Origin: Anaerolineales bacterium
GTDB lineage: Bacteria; Chloroflexota; Anaerolineae; Anaerolineales; E44-bin32
Reading direction: 5' to 3'
DNA: 42,608 nucleotides
Assembly (NCBI GenBank): GCA_036477195.1
Contig: JAZGCZ010000079.1
Location: 1-42,608 of the forward strand
Below, one piece after another: positions 34,737 through 42,608 of this stretch. Each line of letters begins with the position of its first letter. Position 1 is the stretch's first letter. The position numbers and the translations under genes are program-made. The notes beneath the pieces were generated by a model, which had not been told where the DNA came from, did no database searches, and saw nothing but the letters and a program-made list of their open reading frames with translations.

Positions 34737-35909
34737 ATGAGCCGACTAACGTTTTTCATCTCTATTATGGGAGTGGCGGCCTTATCCTGTACGGCGCTCC
34801 CCTCACTTGCTACACAGGCGCCTCCGCCTACCGCCGAACCGCTTCCGACTCTGGAGTCGCCAACGATCGTTTCTGAAGTCCTGGAAAATGCGTTTGCTCC
34901 CCCTGACAATCTCGTGGAGCTGTACAACCGCGTGAACCCGGGGGTGGTCACCATCTACACATTCGCCGCCCCGCATCCAGACACCATTCCGTTAGGCCAG
35001 GGATCAGGCTTCGTCATTGATACCGAAGGGCATATCGTGACCAACCAGCATGTGGTCGAAGGGGCGGAGGAAATCGAAGTGGATTTTCCCTCCGGATTCA
35101 AGGCCTGGGCAACTCTTATCGGTACCGATCCGGACTCCGATCTGGCAGTGCTGAAGGTGGATGCGCCTCCGGAAGAGCTGTTTCCTATACCGCTTGGAGA
35201 TTCCGACCAGGTGATGGTTGGAGAGTTCGTCGTGGCGATCGGAAATCCATTCGGATTGTCGGGGTCGATGACGGTAGGTGTCGTTTCCGCCATTGGTCGA
35301 GTGCTTCAATCTGAAAGGGAGGCGCCAGGCGGCGGTTCATTTAGTGCGGGAGACCTAATTCAGACCGATGCGGCCATCAACCCCGGCAATTCTGGAGGTC
35401 CGTTGCTCAACCTGCGAGGTCAGGTTATCGGCGTAAACCGCGCCATAACAACTGAGAGTTTCACGGTTTCTGGCAATGCCTCAAACTCTGGAGTCGGTTT
35501 CGCGGTCCCAATTAATATTGTGCGGCGGGTCGTACCGGCCCTCATTCAATCCGGCGACTATGACTATCCCTATCTCGGCATCACGAGCCTGGGGGACGGG
35601 TCCCTGAATCTCCGGCAATTGGAGGTCTTAGAGCTGCCCTCGCGTACGCTCGGCGTTTACGTGACGTGCGTGGTTCGAGGTGGGCCAGCCCATCGGGCCG
35701 GGTTGCAAGGTGCAGGAGCATGTGGATCCCCAGACGCTGCGGCCGGAGGTGATCTCATCATCGCTATTGACGGTGAAACCGTGGTTACCTTTAGTGATCT
35801 GATCGGATATCTCGTCACAGATGCGAGCGTCGGCGAGTTGGTCACGCTGACCGTCATTCGCGATGGAGAGACCGTCGATATATCGCTCACCCTGGAGCCC
35901 AGGCCCTAG
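34737..35909 (+). CDS. htrA: HtrA/DegP-family trypsin-like serine protease with a C-terminal PDZ domain
   Basis: Signal/TM N-terminus. Catalytic triad contexts TNQHVV (His), DSDLAVLKV (Asp) and GNSGGPLL (Ser). PDZ-like C-terminus (GVYVTCVVRGGPAHRAGLQ..GDLIIAIDG). Confidence 0.9.
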   Translation: MSRLTFFISIMGVAALSCTALPSLATQAPPPTAEPLPTLESPTIVSEVLENAFAPPDNLVELYNRVNPGVVTIYTFAAPHPDTIPLGQGSGFVIDTEGHIVTNQHVVEGAEEIEVDFPSGFKAWATLIGTDPDSDLAVLKVDAPPEELFPIPLGDSDQVMVGEFVVAIGNPFGLSGSMTVGVVSAIGRVLQSEREAPGGGSFSAGDLIQTDAAINPGNSGGPLLNLRGQVIGVNRAITTESFTVSGNASNSGVGFAVPINIVRRVVPALIQSGDYDYPYLGITSLGDGSLNLRQLEVLELPSRTLGVYVTCVVRGGPAHRAGLQGAGACGSPDAAAGGDLIIAIDGETVVTFSDLIGYLVTDASVGELVTLTVIRDGETVDISLTLEPRP

Positions 35910-35938
35910 CCAGAGTCTCCGCAAGCGACTAAAGAATC

Positions 35939-35979
35939 AAATGGCGAGCTTTCAATTGCGAAAGCCCGCCATTTTATTT
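35939..35979. terminator. Bidirectional rho-independent terminator between convergent htrA and 35993..36778
   Basis: aaatggcgagctttc-aattgc-gaaagcccgccattt: a 15-bp stem with one mismatch and a 6-nt loop, followed by TTTTATTT on the plus strand and a T-rich run on the minus strand. Confidence 0.65.
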
Positions 35980-35992
35980 CGATGAAGTTCGG

Positions 35993-36778
35993 TTACTCGC
36001 CAGACAACTCCCGCTCGATTTCGAGCAAGGTGTTAGCCAGGATCTCCAGATCGCGCTTCGCAGCGAACGGGTCCTCATCCACCTCGGATAGCACTAGGAC
36101 CAGGCGCTCGCGCAGCCCAGTCAGTTCATCTGCTCCGATTAAATCGCGCAGTAAATTCAGCTTCTCGCCGGTCTCCTGAAGCGCAGCGGCCACATTTGCC
36201 GCATCCTCCTGGGCCAGGGCCAGCTGTGCTCGGGTGACATCGACCAAGATGTTGAGAACCGCCAACCTGGCTTCGGTCTGCTGTAGAGACCTGATAAGTT
36301 CCTGATTCTCGTCCTCCACACCCTCCAGTCGATCGAGTTCGGCCCGCAGATCCTTCTGCGTTGCCAGCGCCTCGGCGAGCGACTGATTGAGGCCGTTCCG
36401 CTCATCCGTCAGCGGCCGTACCCGCACAAACTGCATTGCGACGACTCCGAGCGTGAAAACCACCAGCAACATCACTAGCCATCGGAACGCTCGCTTTACA
36501 AAGCGTCTGGCGCGGCTGTCTTCTTTGGTCTCCATCGCTTCCCCATCGGGAAGCGGTTCCTTCTTCTCGTCAGAGCTGTCTTCAGTATCGGTCCCAAATT
36601 GCTGCTCAGCCGAATCTCCAGCGAGGGCATCTTCCGATGCAATCCCGAACCGCTGCTCAGCCGTGTCTTCAACGGAGGCGTCTGCCGATTCGGAACCGAT
36701 TGATTCCTCCGCCCCATTCCCGACGGAGTGTTCCTCAGATTTGGATCCCCTCTGCTCCTCCGGCCGCTCTTCACTCAT
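35993..36778 (-). CDS. Single-pass membrane coiled-coil protein with an acidic N-terminal region (third gene of a 3-gene operon)
   Basis: Acidic N-terminus of ~95 aa with a degenerate internal repeat (AEQRFGIASED / AEQQFGTDTED). TM is FRWLVMLLVVFTLGVVAMQFV, then ~140 aa of heptad-like sequence. The C-terminal motif DLEILANTLLE parallels DLEIAWKLLVE in the upstream gene. ATG overlaps the upstream stop by 8 nt. Confidence 0.7.
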   Translation of the reverse strand: MSEERPEEQRGSKSEEHSVGNGAEESIGSESADASVEDTAEQRFGIASEDALAGDSAEQQFGTDTEDSSDEKKEPLPDGEAMETKEDSRARRFVKRAFRWLVMLLVVFTLGVVAMQFVRVRPLTDERNGLNQSLAEALATQKDLRAELDRLEGVEDENQELIRSLQQTEARLAVLNILVDVTRAQLALAQEDAANVAAALQETGEKLNLLRDLIGADELTGLRERLVLVLSEVDEDPFAAKRDLEILANTLLEIERELSGE

Positions 36779-37496
36779 TGGTCGCCTCCCCCTCTACCAG
36801 CAGTTTCCAGGCAATCTCCAGGTCGTCCCCCGCCACAAGTGGGGTGGTCTGTATCGCTTCGAGAGCGAGATCGATTCGAGCGATCGCATCTTGTACACTT
36901 TTTGCTTCGCCGTCGGGATCCGTCTCCACTAATATGTCGCGTGCCCGCCTTGCCTCATCCGCTGCCAGTCCGGCATTGTTTTCCAGCAGCCCGATCCTTG
37001 CACGCACGAGGTGGAGCATGGCCCGGCTGATCATCAAATCCTGCCGCAGATCTTGCTCAGGTTCTCCAAGATCGCTCAGCGCTGCATCAACCTGATCCGT
37101 TAGGTCACTCAGCGCGCTCCTCATAGCTTCGATCTGATCGGCTACAGCCTCCATCGCCTTATTTTGATCCACCGAGGCCGCTAGCGCTTTCTCGAGATGG
37201 GCTTGAGCTGTTGCCAAAGATTCGCCCTGCACCGCGACCGCCGCTTCTAATTCGGCTAACCGATCGCCCGATTGCTCGCGCAGCGAACTGGTATCGTTGC
37301 GCGCCAGATCCAGTTCGGTTTCAAGGGCATTAATGCGTGTCGTGTTGAACTGCGCGGGTTCGACCAGGTTCCGATAGACGCGCGGGATCCCAAAGTACGC
37401 GCCGATAGCGATAACCGTCCCCAGAGTGAGCACCACTGCCAACCTAAGCAGCACTCCAAACATGCGCCCCAAGAACGTGCTATTTGAATCGCTCAA
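36771..37496 (-). CDS. Single-pass membrane coiled-coil protein (second gene of the operon), paralogous in its C-terminal part to 35993..36778
   Basis: N-terminal TM MFGVLLRLAVVLTLGTVIAIGAYFGI followed by ~190 aa of coiled-coil-like sequence. TTG start overlaps the upstream stop (TTGA). Alternative ATG 33 nt downstream. Confidence 0.7.
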   Translation of the reverse strand: MSDSNSTFLGRMFGVLLRLAVVLTLGTVIAIGAYFGIPRVYRNLVEPAQFNTTRINALETELDLARNDTSSLREQSGDRLAELEAAVAVQGESLATAQAHLEKALAASVDQNKAMEAVADQIEAMRSALSDLTDQVDAALSDLGEPEQDLRQDLMISRAMLHLVRARIGLLENNAGLAADEARRARDILVETDPDGEAKSVQDAIARIDLALEAIQTTPLVAGDDLEIAWKLLVEGEATNE

Positions 37497-38248
37497 GGCT
37501 CCGTGACCACTTGACCGATCAACCGACTCAATCCATCGAGAAATGCCTGGAAGCGCTCGACTCGTTCAGCCTGCGCCCGAGTTTCTTCGAGCGCGACCGT
37601 AAGATCCATCTGCATATTATCCACAGCTGCTAGGGTCTCACCAACCTGCTGCAGGAGGGCCTCAACTTGCCCTTCAATTTCCACCATTTTTCCTGACACG
37701 CCCTCCAGGGCTTGGGCACGTCCACGCAAGGCTTCGAGCTCGACCTGTGTGGCCTCAAATTGGGATCGGATCTGTATCAATTCGTTGCGCGTTTCCTGCA
37801 AAGCGGCGTGACGACCGAAATCCAGTGTCCCGTTGATTCCAGCCAGCACGGACAGCGTGAGGGTTACAGAGCAGAGCACGCTGGTAGCACCCACGGCCAG
37901 CAGAGCCCAAATGCCTGTCCGTTGGGATCTGGACTCCGTGAGAACCAAGGGATACTTCATCCCTTCGGCTGCAGCCTGGTCGGACTTTTGAGAGGGCTCA
38001 GATACCGTGATGTCCTCTTCTTCTGTCGCACGCTCACCTGCACTGTCTGATGCCTGAGTTTCAAACGTCAAGAAGGGCTTGATGTTCTCCAAGATGCTTT
38101 CGCCCAGGCCATTCACTTGGCGCAGGTCTTCGGCGCTCTGATAGGGACGGCCCCCGACAATGCGGCCGGCCAATTGAGGGCCGATACCGGGTAGCTGTCG
38201 CAATTCCTCGTCGTCAGCCGTATTCGGATTTAGAACAGGAATCGTCAT
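37493..38248 (-). CDS. ComEA-like helix-hairpin-helix protein with a central TM segment and C-terminal coiled coil (first gene of the operon)
   Basis: The N-terminus LNPNTADDEELRQLPGIGPQLAGRIVGGRPYQSAEDLRQVNGLGESILENI is a textbook ComEA-type (HhH)2 motif. It is followed by an acidic linker, TM GIWALLAVGATSVLCSVTLTLSVLAGI, and ~110 aa of heptad-like sequence. Confidence 0.75.
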   Translation of the reverse strand: MTIPVLNPNTADDEELRQLPGIGPQLAGRIVGGRPYQSAEDLRQVNGLGESILENIKPFLTFETQASDSAGERATEEEDITVSEPSQKSDQAAAEGMKYPLVLTESRSQRTGIWALLAVGATSVLCSVTLTLSVLAGINGTLDFGRHAALQETRNELIQIRSQFEATQVELEALRGRAQALEGVSGKMVEIEGQVEALLQQVGETLAAVDNMQMDLTVALEETRAQAERVERFQAFLDGLSRLIGQVVTEP

Positions 38249-38261
38249 GCTTGACCTGGGG

Positions 38262-38295
38262 AAACAAAAATGAGCGGCGTGCGCCGCTCATTTTA
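38262..38295 (-). terminator. Rho-independent terminator of hsp20 (palindromic, potentially bidirectional)
   Basis: tgagcggcg-tg-cgccgctca (38271-38290), flanked by A5 and T4. On the minus strand the hairpin is followed by TTTTTGTTT. It lies 20 nt after the hsp20 stop. Confidence 0.7.
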
Positions 38296-38314
38296 CCCTA
38301 CGTGCTATTGAGGT

Positions 38315-38710
38315 TTATGCAGCCTTGACTTCGATCTTCTTGGGTCGGGCATCATCAGCCTTCGGGATACGCACACTCAGTAATCCCTTTTCGACCTTGG
38401 CCTCGATCTCATCTGCGTTGACGGCCTCAGGCAATCGGATCTGACGATAGAAGCTCTGGTGTAGCTCGCTTAGCAGCTTCTGATTATCGCCGTTCTCCTC
38501 GAGAGTGCTCTCGCCACTCATCGTGACCAGATCCTCAAGGACCTCCACGGTCACGTCCTCGGCCGATAGACCGGGCACCGCGGCGGTGATCAAATAGGCC
38601 TCGTCATCGGACTGAACGTCGATCGGCATTCGCCGGCCGCCGTTGAAACCGATGGCGCGGTATCCGTACCCACGCCTGCGTCTTGGATAACCTCTGTAGT
38701 AACTCAGCAT
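38315..38710 (-). CDS. Hsp20/alpha-crystallin family small heat-shock protein
   Basis: 131 aa. The alpha-crystallin core is PIDVQSDDEAYLITAAVPGLSAEDVTVEVLEDLVTMSGE...FYRQIRLPEAVNADEIEAKVEKGLLSVRIPK. AGGAGG lies upstream of the ATG. Confidence 0.9.
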   Translation of the reverse strand: MLSYYRGYPRRRRGYGYRAIGFNGGRRMPIDVQSDDEAYLITAAVPGLSAEDVTVEVLEDLVTMSGESTLEENGDNQKLLSELHQSFYRQIRLPEAVNADEIEAKVEKGLLSVRIPKADDARPKKIEVKAA

Positions 38711-38989
38711 TTTTGTTGCCTCCTAAAGTGGCTCGCGTTATCGTGGGAATCTTATCCAGAGACCGTCAGAAAGAGATATGCAAAGGCTATGAGGAGTGTT
38801 AACTTGTATGGACACGATAACCCGCGGCCGGAATTCCCCGATACACCGCGCGGGGTTCGCTGGCAAGCACAACGCTCGGCCGGAGAGTGCTCCTCCATCG
38901 CGCGGGGATCGCTGAACCTCACCTGGGTCGGTAGAGTAGGATAGAATGCGCGATACCGACGCGCAATCCGGATAGCGGGGAGCGAGCAA

Positions 38990-39538
38990 ATGCGACTTAA
39001 GCTGCCAGTTGGGATGCTGATTTGTTTCGCCGCTGCCGCGTGCAGTACCAACGCCGGGTCGGAGCAGGAGGTCGCGCCGCTACCGACAGCGAAAACGGTT
39101 TCCACACTTCCCACGGCCGTACCGCCAGAAGAAGGGGGACCGGGCCAAATTGGTGAATGGGCTATCCCCTTCTCATATCAAATTCCGGAGGGCACTTGGG
39201 GAGTAGGCTTTCACCGCTACGCGCTGCATGTGGACTGTCCTATCCTGGCACAGGCTGGCCTGGCGGGAGAGTGGCAGGATTTCGTTGTGACAAATGACGT
39301 CACGCCGATCAATACGCCGGTCTATCTGAGGCTAGGTGGGTTAAGCATTAGCACTCTGGGGCCGCCGGATATCCTAACCATCCACCCCGATCAGCTTACG
39401 ATCGCCCTGGTAACCATCATCGGGGTGACCGAAGAGCAAGCCGCCGTCGCAGCCGAGTCCGACGATTGTGAGATCGTTATCGGCTGGGATGGAGCTAACG
39501 CAGAGGAACTCCTGCCTGCGGAGCCCTATCGCCCGTAG
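38990..39538 (+). CDS. Hypothetical lipoprotein
   Basis: MRLKLPVGMLICFAAAACS is a signal peptide with lipobox AAAC. No recognisable domain. Confidence 0.6.
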   Translation: MRLKLPVGMLICFAAAACSTNAGSEQEVAPLPTAKTVSTLPTAVPPEEGGPGQIGEWAIPFSYQIPEGTWGVGFHRYALHVDCPILAQAGLAGEWQDFVVTNDVTPINTPVYLRLGGLSISTLGPPDILTIHPDQLTIALVTIIGVTEEQAAVAAESDDCEIVIGWDGANAEELLPAEPYRP

Positions 39539-39581
39539 CTCGTCATGAGATCAAGCTCACGGGGCGAGCTGCACAGATTTC

Positions 39582-40445
39582 CTAGCGAGAATGCTCCAGC
39601 ATCCACTCGTAGAGGGCCGGATCGCGATAGGCGCGCTCGTATGCTCCGAAGTGACCCTCATCTTCATAAAGCGTCCACTCCACATCCGCAGAACATTGCT
39701 GCTCTAGCGCGAGCGCATTCATCTGAGAGGCCCCTGCCTCCGAAATCCGATCCAACGCTCCATGGATGGCCCAGACCGGTACCTCCGCCAAGCGGCAGAG
39801 GGTCTCCGGCTCCGGCACAAACGGAGTTCGATAACCGCTTCCGGAGATCGAGACCATTGCCGCAAAACGCTCTGGGTAGGCCGTCGCCAACCACCACGAG
39901 CCGTAGCCCCCCATGCTAAGGCCGGTCAAATACACGCGATCCGTATCGACACGGTAGGTTTCGGACACCTCATCCATCAGGGCTCCGAGGGCCGGAATCA
40001 TTTCGGGTGACCACCAGGTCTCTCCCGGAAATGCTTGCGGCGAAATTACGACAAACGGGAAATCCTCAGGCTGCTCGTCGGCAAACAGCACCGCCGGCAG
40101 TCCGAAGCTCAATACAAAGGTCGAGTCGTAATCCTCATCTCCTGATCCATGCAGAAATAAGATCATGGGCCAATCTCGCTCTGGGTCATCCGCATAGCCT
40201 TCGGGAAGATAAACCAGGTAGCGCAATTCATCGTGGATAGTGGGCATTCCCTCCAAGGTCTCAGGCATTTCGAAGACTGCTTGGAGATGCACGCCTGTGG
40301 GCAGCTGAGGATCGAGTTGGACCACGCCCTCTTGATCGTCCCGTGACAGATCGGAGGGCTCTGCCGGATCCTGCTCTTCGGGGGTCTGGCAGGCAACCAG
40401 CAGCATCGCGATCATCAGGGCCAGGGCCAATTTTCGTGGTTTCAT
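39582..40445 (-). CDS. Alpha/beta-hydrolase esterase lipoprotein (phospholipase/carboxylesterase or PHB-depolymerase-like)
   Basis: From ATG 40445: MKPRKLALALMIAMLLVACQ (lipobox). ILFLHGSGD, nucleophile elbow GLSMGG, and a late HGALD fit the serine hydrolase triad order. The ORF track start at 40556 would overlap the divergent gene. Confidence 0.7.
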   Translation of the reverse strand: MKPRKLALALMIAMLLVACQTPEEQDPAEPSDLSRDDQEGVVQLDPQLPTGVHLQAVFEMPETLEGMPTIHDELRYLVYLPEGYADDPERDWPMILFLHGSGDEDYDSTFVLSFGLPAVLFADEQPEDFPFVVISPQAFPGETWWSPEMIPALGALMDEVSETYRVDTDRVYLTGLSMGGYGSWWLATAYPERFAAMVSISGSGYRTPFVPEPETLCRLAEVPVWAIHGALDRISEAGASQMNALALEQQCSADVEWTLYEDEGHFGAYERAYRDPALYEWMLEHSR

Positions 40446-40473
40446 ACGCTTATAAACCTTCGGGTCTCGGTTT

Positions 40474-42608
40474 ATGTTTAGAATCGGCTTGGGTCCAATG
40501 AGGCGTACATTTGGGTTGATCTTGATCTCCGCCAGCGCCCTGGCGTTCGAAGTCACGCTGACACGCCTTTTCGCCGTTCAGCAATTCCATCATTTTGCCT
40601 TCCTGGTCATCGGTTTGGCGGTGATGGGTTTCGCTGCCAGCGGAGTCATCCTTTCTTACAGACCCTACGGTACCTCGCTGATTACGCTCTGCCTAGCTTA
40701 CTCAGTCACCATTTTTCTCGCCTACGCCGTAATCAACTTCATAACCTTCGATTCCTATAGCATCGCATGGGATCGACGGCAGATCTGGATCCTGTTTCTG
40801 TACTTCCTGTCGGCCGCTGCGCCCTTTCTGTTCGCAGGGTGGGTGATTGGCGCCAACCTCACCGAAGCCGGGCCTCAGGCCCATCGCCCCTATGCGGCCA
40901 ATCTTGCGGGTTCGGCTCTGGGTGTGCCATTGGCTCTGGTAGCCATACCTTTGCTGAGAGGCGAGGGGGCCGTAATGCTCTCGCTCGCGCTTGGAGTGTT
41001 GGCGGCTGCCGCCTTTTCGGTGAGGGGTCGAACTCAATGGGCCCTCGTGGCAGGTGGCTTGACGCTGGGCGTATTGTCCATTGCCACCCCCTCTCAGTTC
41101 GCCCTGCGCCTCTCGCCCTACAAGCCACTTTCCCTTACTAAACTGGCCCCAGAAGCCCAATCAACGATCAGCCGCTGGTCGCCCGCGGCGCGCATCGACG
41201 TCGTTGATTCGGGCGGCACGCACGTATTCCCGGGCCTCAGTCTGAATGCGGGTTTGGAGCTACCTCAGCAAGCGGCGCTTTTCGTCGATGGAGACGGGCC
41301 GCTCCCCATCACAAATTTGTCCCCGGATTCGCCGAAGGCTGCGATCCTGGCGCGCCACATGCCCGCAGCACTGGCTTATCAGCTGCGACCCGGAGCGAGT
41401 AGCCTGCTGCTTCAGTCGGGGGCGGGGCTCGAGGTTCTGGTGGCTTTAGGAAGTGGTGTGGATCGCGTTCACGTCGCACTCGATGAGCCTGCCGTCTTTG
41501 ATGTGCTAGGCGGGCCGTATTCAGAATTCAGCGAGGGACTGCTACAGGATGCGCGACTCGAGCTGCTCGAGCGGCCAAGCCGTGGGGCACTGCTGGAAGG
41601 GGACGAGCAGTACGATATCGTGCACTACGCGCTGAGCGATCCCTTTCGCCCGGTCACCAACGGCGCCTTCAGCCTGACAGAGCAGTATGCACTGACCGTG
41701 GAGTCTCTTTCCGATGCCATGGACCGTCTGTCGGAGGATGGACTTCTCGTGCTCACTCGTTGGTTGGGGACTCCGCCCAGCGAGTCGGCGCGTGCATGGG
41801 CTACCTTGCTGGCCGCAATGGATTCGGTGGACGTCGAGGAACAGGTCCTGGCTTTCCGTGGCATGCGCACCGCCACCATGATCGCCTCCCCTCGCGCCTT
41901 CACCGCGGAGGAACTACAGCTGGCGAGGGAATTCCTTGAGTTCAACGGCTACGATCCGATCTGGCTACCGGATCTAAAGCCGGAAGAGCTGAATAAGCGC
42001 AATCGGCTGCCGGAGCCAGTCTATCACGAGCTCTATTCGGACCTGCTCGAGTCCCCGCAGAGCACGATTGATTCGTACGAGTTCAACCTTCGTCCACCCA
42101 CCGATGATCGTCCATACTTCTATCATTTCTTCCGCTGGGCTCAGACGCCCGAGGTGCTGTCCTCGCTGGGACAGACCTGGCAGCCATTTGGCGGAAGCGG
42201 CTATCTGGTGTTGGTGGCATTGCTCGCGATGGTGCTGCTAATTGCGGCAGCTCTGCTGATCCTTCCCAGTTTCGCCGGTGCCAGCCCCTCCGCGCCAGGG
42301 GTGGCCTACTTCGCCTGCCTGGGCGCCGGATACATACTGGTGGAGATCCCCCTCATTCAGCAGTTCACACTGCTGCTGGATCGCCCCGCCCTGGCTCTCG
42401 CGATGGTTTTGTTTACTTTGCTGCTCACATCCGGAATCGGGAGCTGGTTCTCCATTCGATTGCCGCTGAGATCGTCGCTCGCGGTTTTGGCGGCGCTGGT
42501 GATCCTGATCGCGATGTCGCTGCCCGCGCTGATGCGGCTTGGCCTTGCCTGGCCCCTTGGAGCACGACTCATGTTGGCCGCCCTTATCCTGGCTCCGTTG
42601 GGAACTCT
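40474..42608 (+). CDS. Partial CDS (open to the window end): polytopic membrane protein fused to a spermidine-synthase-like domain
   Basis: Not in the ORF track because it has no stop. ATG 40474 (or 40498). Reads MFRIGLGPMRRTFGLILISASALAFEVTLTRLFAVQQFHHFAFLVIGLAVMGF..., then several TM helices, a soluble region with LLLQSGAGLEVLVAL (Rossmann-like) and ..PPTDDRPYFYHFFRW.., then more TM helices. It is open for more than 700 codons. The family call is from memory of this motif pattern. Confidence 0.65.
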   Translation, partial: MFRIGLGPMRRTFGLILISASALAFEVTLTRLFAVQQFHHFAFLVIGLAVMGFAASGVILSYRPYGTSLITLCLAYSVTIFLAYAVINFITFDSYSIAWDRRQIWILFLYFLSAAAPFLFAGWVIGANLTEAGPQAHRPYAANLAGSALGVPLALVAIPLLRGEGAVMLSLALGVLAAAAFSVRGRTQWALVAGGLTLGVLSIATPSQFALRLSPYKPLSLTKLAPEAQSTISRWSPAARIDVVDSGGTHVFPGLSLNAGLELPQQAALFVDGDGPLPITNLSPDSPKAAILARHMPAALAYQLRPGASSLLLQSGAGLEVLVALGSGVDRVHVALDEPAVFDVLGGPYSEFSEGLLQDARLELLERPSRGALLEGDEQYDIVHYALSDPFRPVTNGAFSLTEQYALTVESLSDAMDRLSEDGLLVLTRWLGTPPSESARAWATLLAAMDSVDVEEQVLAFRGMRTATMIASPRAFTAEELQLAREFLEFNGYDPIWLPDLKPEELNKRNRLPEPVYHELYSDLLESPQSTIDSYEFNLRPPTDDRPYFYHFFRWAQTPEVLSSLGQTWQPFGGSGYLVLVALLAMVLLIAAALLILPSFAGASPSAPGVAYFACLGAGYILVEIPLIQQFTLLLDRPALALAMVLFTLLLTSGIGSWFSIRLPLRSSLAVLAALVILIAMSLPALMRLGLAWPLGARLMLAALILAPLGT

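Noticed and set aside
36540-36700. Degenerate ~45-bp repeat in the acidic N-terminus of 35993..36778 (AEQRFGIASED / AEQQFGTDTED) as another tandem array
   Set aside because: There are only two diverged copies. This is consistent with old low-complexity duplication inside a coding region, so it is mentioned under the CDS and not annotated as a separate repeat.
38711-38989. CIRCE (HrcA) or HAIR (HspR) operator upstream of hsp20
   Set aside because: Only a partial GAGTGCT-like half-site (ggagagtgctcctcc, near 38882-38896) was seen. There is no TTAGCACTC-N9-GAGTGCTAA or CTTGAGT-N7-ACTCAAG inverted repeat. That site also lies far from the hsp20 start and nearer the divergent lipoprotein gene.
1-42608. 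Prophage, integrative element, transposon, tRNA or rRNA genes
   Set aside because: No integrase, transposase, recombinase, phage structural or plasmid-type ORFs were recognised. No cloverleaf-like or rRNA-like sequence was noticed in the short intergenic regions. This was judged by eye only. A tRNAscan or Infernal run would be the decisive check.

Overview
This is a gene-dense, GC-rich bacterial chromosomal segment. Nearly all of it is housekeeping or stress genes. On the plus strand: lipB, two deoxynucleoside kinases, spoVS, holA, a CorC/HlyC-type transporter, priA, a ChlI/BchI-like ATPase plus a VWA protein, a CbpA-like J-protein and htrA. On the minus strand: holB, yhhQ-queF, dnaA, radA, clpC, rpsA, a YprB-like exonuclease, a hybrid histidine kinase plus a receiver-GAF regulator, and hsp20. 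The gene content (SpoVS, many lipoproteins, a split chelatase-like pair) fits a Chloroflexota-like organism, but that is only an inference. I recognised no rRNA, tRNA, CRISPR array, integrase or transposase. Two long ORFs run off the window edges and are missing from the ORF track: 1..202 on the minus strand and 40474..42608 on the plus strand. The strongest candidate for something new is a dnaX-like -1 recoding signal at the 3' end of the ChlI-like gene. It consists of an in-register A_AAA_AAA heptamer at 27978-27984, an AGGAG 8 nt upstream, and a GC hairpin downstream. A -1 shift there would fuse the ATPase to the downstream VWA ORF and give a BchD/ChlD-like protein, so one locus could make both I-like and D-like subunits. 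The alternative is a homopolymer indel that splits one gene. Second, the window is unusually rich in near-identical tandem or direct repeats, with periods of 66, 72, 56, 41 and 51/102 bp. Some are intergenic and some are in frame within genes, including a roughly 90-aa repeat tail on QueF. Two of the arrays bracket a block of patatin, two lipoproteins and a methyltransferase. Other items worth a second look are a motif-permuted SPPY methyltransferase with no nuclease partner, a Pol-beta-type nucleotidyltransferase-like gene translationally coupled between two deoxynucleoside kinase genes, and an overlapping three-gene operon of single-pass coiled-coil membrane proteins led by an N-terminal helix-hairpin-helix protein. 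All functional calls rest on motif recognition by eye. No database search was run.
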